Origin: a virus
Lineage: Duplodnaviria; Caudoviricetes
Direction: 5' to 3' (one strand)
Length of the DNA stretch: 64,000 nt
IMG/VR virus record: IMGVR_UViG_3300021978_000001
Coordinates: 96,001-160,000 of that record
Below the pieces are notes generated by a model. It saw only the letters and a program-made list of their open reading frames with translations. It was not told the DNA's origin and ran no database searches. The number at the start of each line of letters is the position of its first letter. The first letter of the stretch is position 1. Positions 63,688 to 64,000 of the stretch are shown piece by piece. Both the position numbers and the translations under genes were made by a program.

Positions 63688-64000
63688 GCCTCCTCTTCAG
63701 GTAGAGCGGAAACGTAAGCCATCTCCTCCAGCTTGTGATCGACCAGAGAGATGAGCTGCGCGCGCGCGTGATCCAGATTGTCGTTGACAATGATGGCGTC
63801 GAAAGCGTCCCACGTCGAATACATCTCCTCCTGCGCAGTCTCGATGCGCTTGAGCGCTTCCTCCTGTGTACGGTCTTTGAGCAAGCGATCCTGGAGCGTC
63901 TGCTTATTGGGGGGCAACAAGAGCACCGCGAAGATCTCGACCCCTGCATACTTCCCTCGTGGGAAGCTGCGTGTGGTAGGGAAACGATACTTGCGAAACT
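63684..64000 (-). CDS. gmk: guanylate kinase, C-terminal part (runs off window)
   Basis: IFAVLLLPP...L.DRL...E...KRIETA.EE...FDAIIVNDNLD.A. Confidence 0.8.
   Translation of the reverse strand, partial: FRKYRFPTTRSFPRGKYAGVEIFAVLLLPPNKQTLQDRLLKDRTQEEALKRIETAQEEMYSTWDAFDAIIVNDNLDHARAQLISLVDHKLEEMAYVSALPEEEA

Noticed and set aside
1-64000. Genome-wide TAG recoding (code 15)
   Set aside because: Long genes are intact in code 11 and several end cleanly at TAG; only one convincing internal TAG was found.

Overview
This window looks like a 64-kb segment of a large, GC-rich dsDNA bacteriophage genome (inference). Nearly all genes lie on the minus strand. It holds many small hypothetical ORFs with individual promoters and a virion-like module (LamG/Ig-repeat protein and neighbours, 32.8-40.5 kb). 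Recognisable host-takeover or counter-defence genes include AlkB, radical SAM, vWA, orphan HigA and DUF433 antitoxins, two Pth2-like genes, a macrodomain protein, an ADP-ribosylglycohydrolase, an HD hydrolase, Orn, Gmk and GroES. There are 24 conventional tRNA genes and no cas gene. Three RNA-level systems stand out. (1) A repeated hairpin cassette (7 copies, 27.6-31.6 kb, motif UG(C/A)(C/A)G-N5-GGRUUAU/C) encloses circularly permuted tRNA genes (Cys-GCA, Lys-CTT, Arg-GCG and one degenerate copy), a roughly 249-nt structured RNA, or almost nothing. This suggests a phage RNA cleavage-ligation (circularisation) system that does not use a BHB motif. (2) An orphan type I-E-like CRISPR mini-array is accompanied by 8 dispersed repeat copies. 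Some sit about one spacer length upstream of tRNAs and two are built into tRNA bodies as tRNA-repeat chimeras. (3) An amber-suppressor tRNA (anticodon CTA) lies about 2 kb from a Pth2-like gene whose third codon is an in-frame TAG. All RNA structures were derived by manual base-pairing and all protein calls by motif recognition. No database searches were run.
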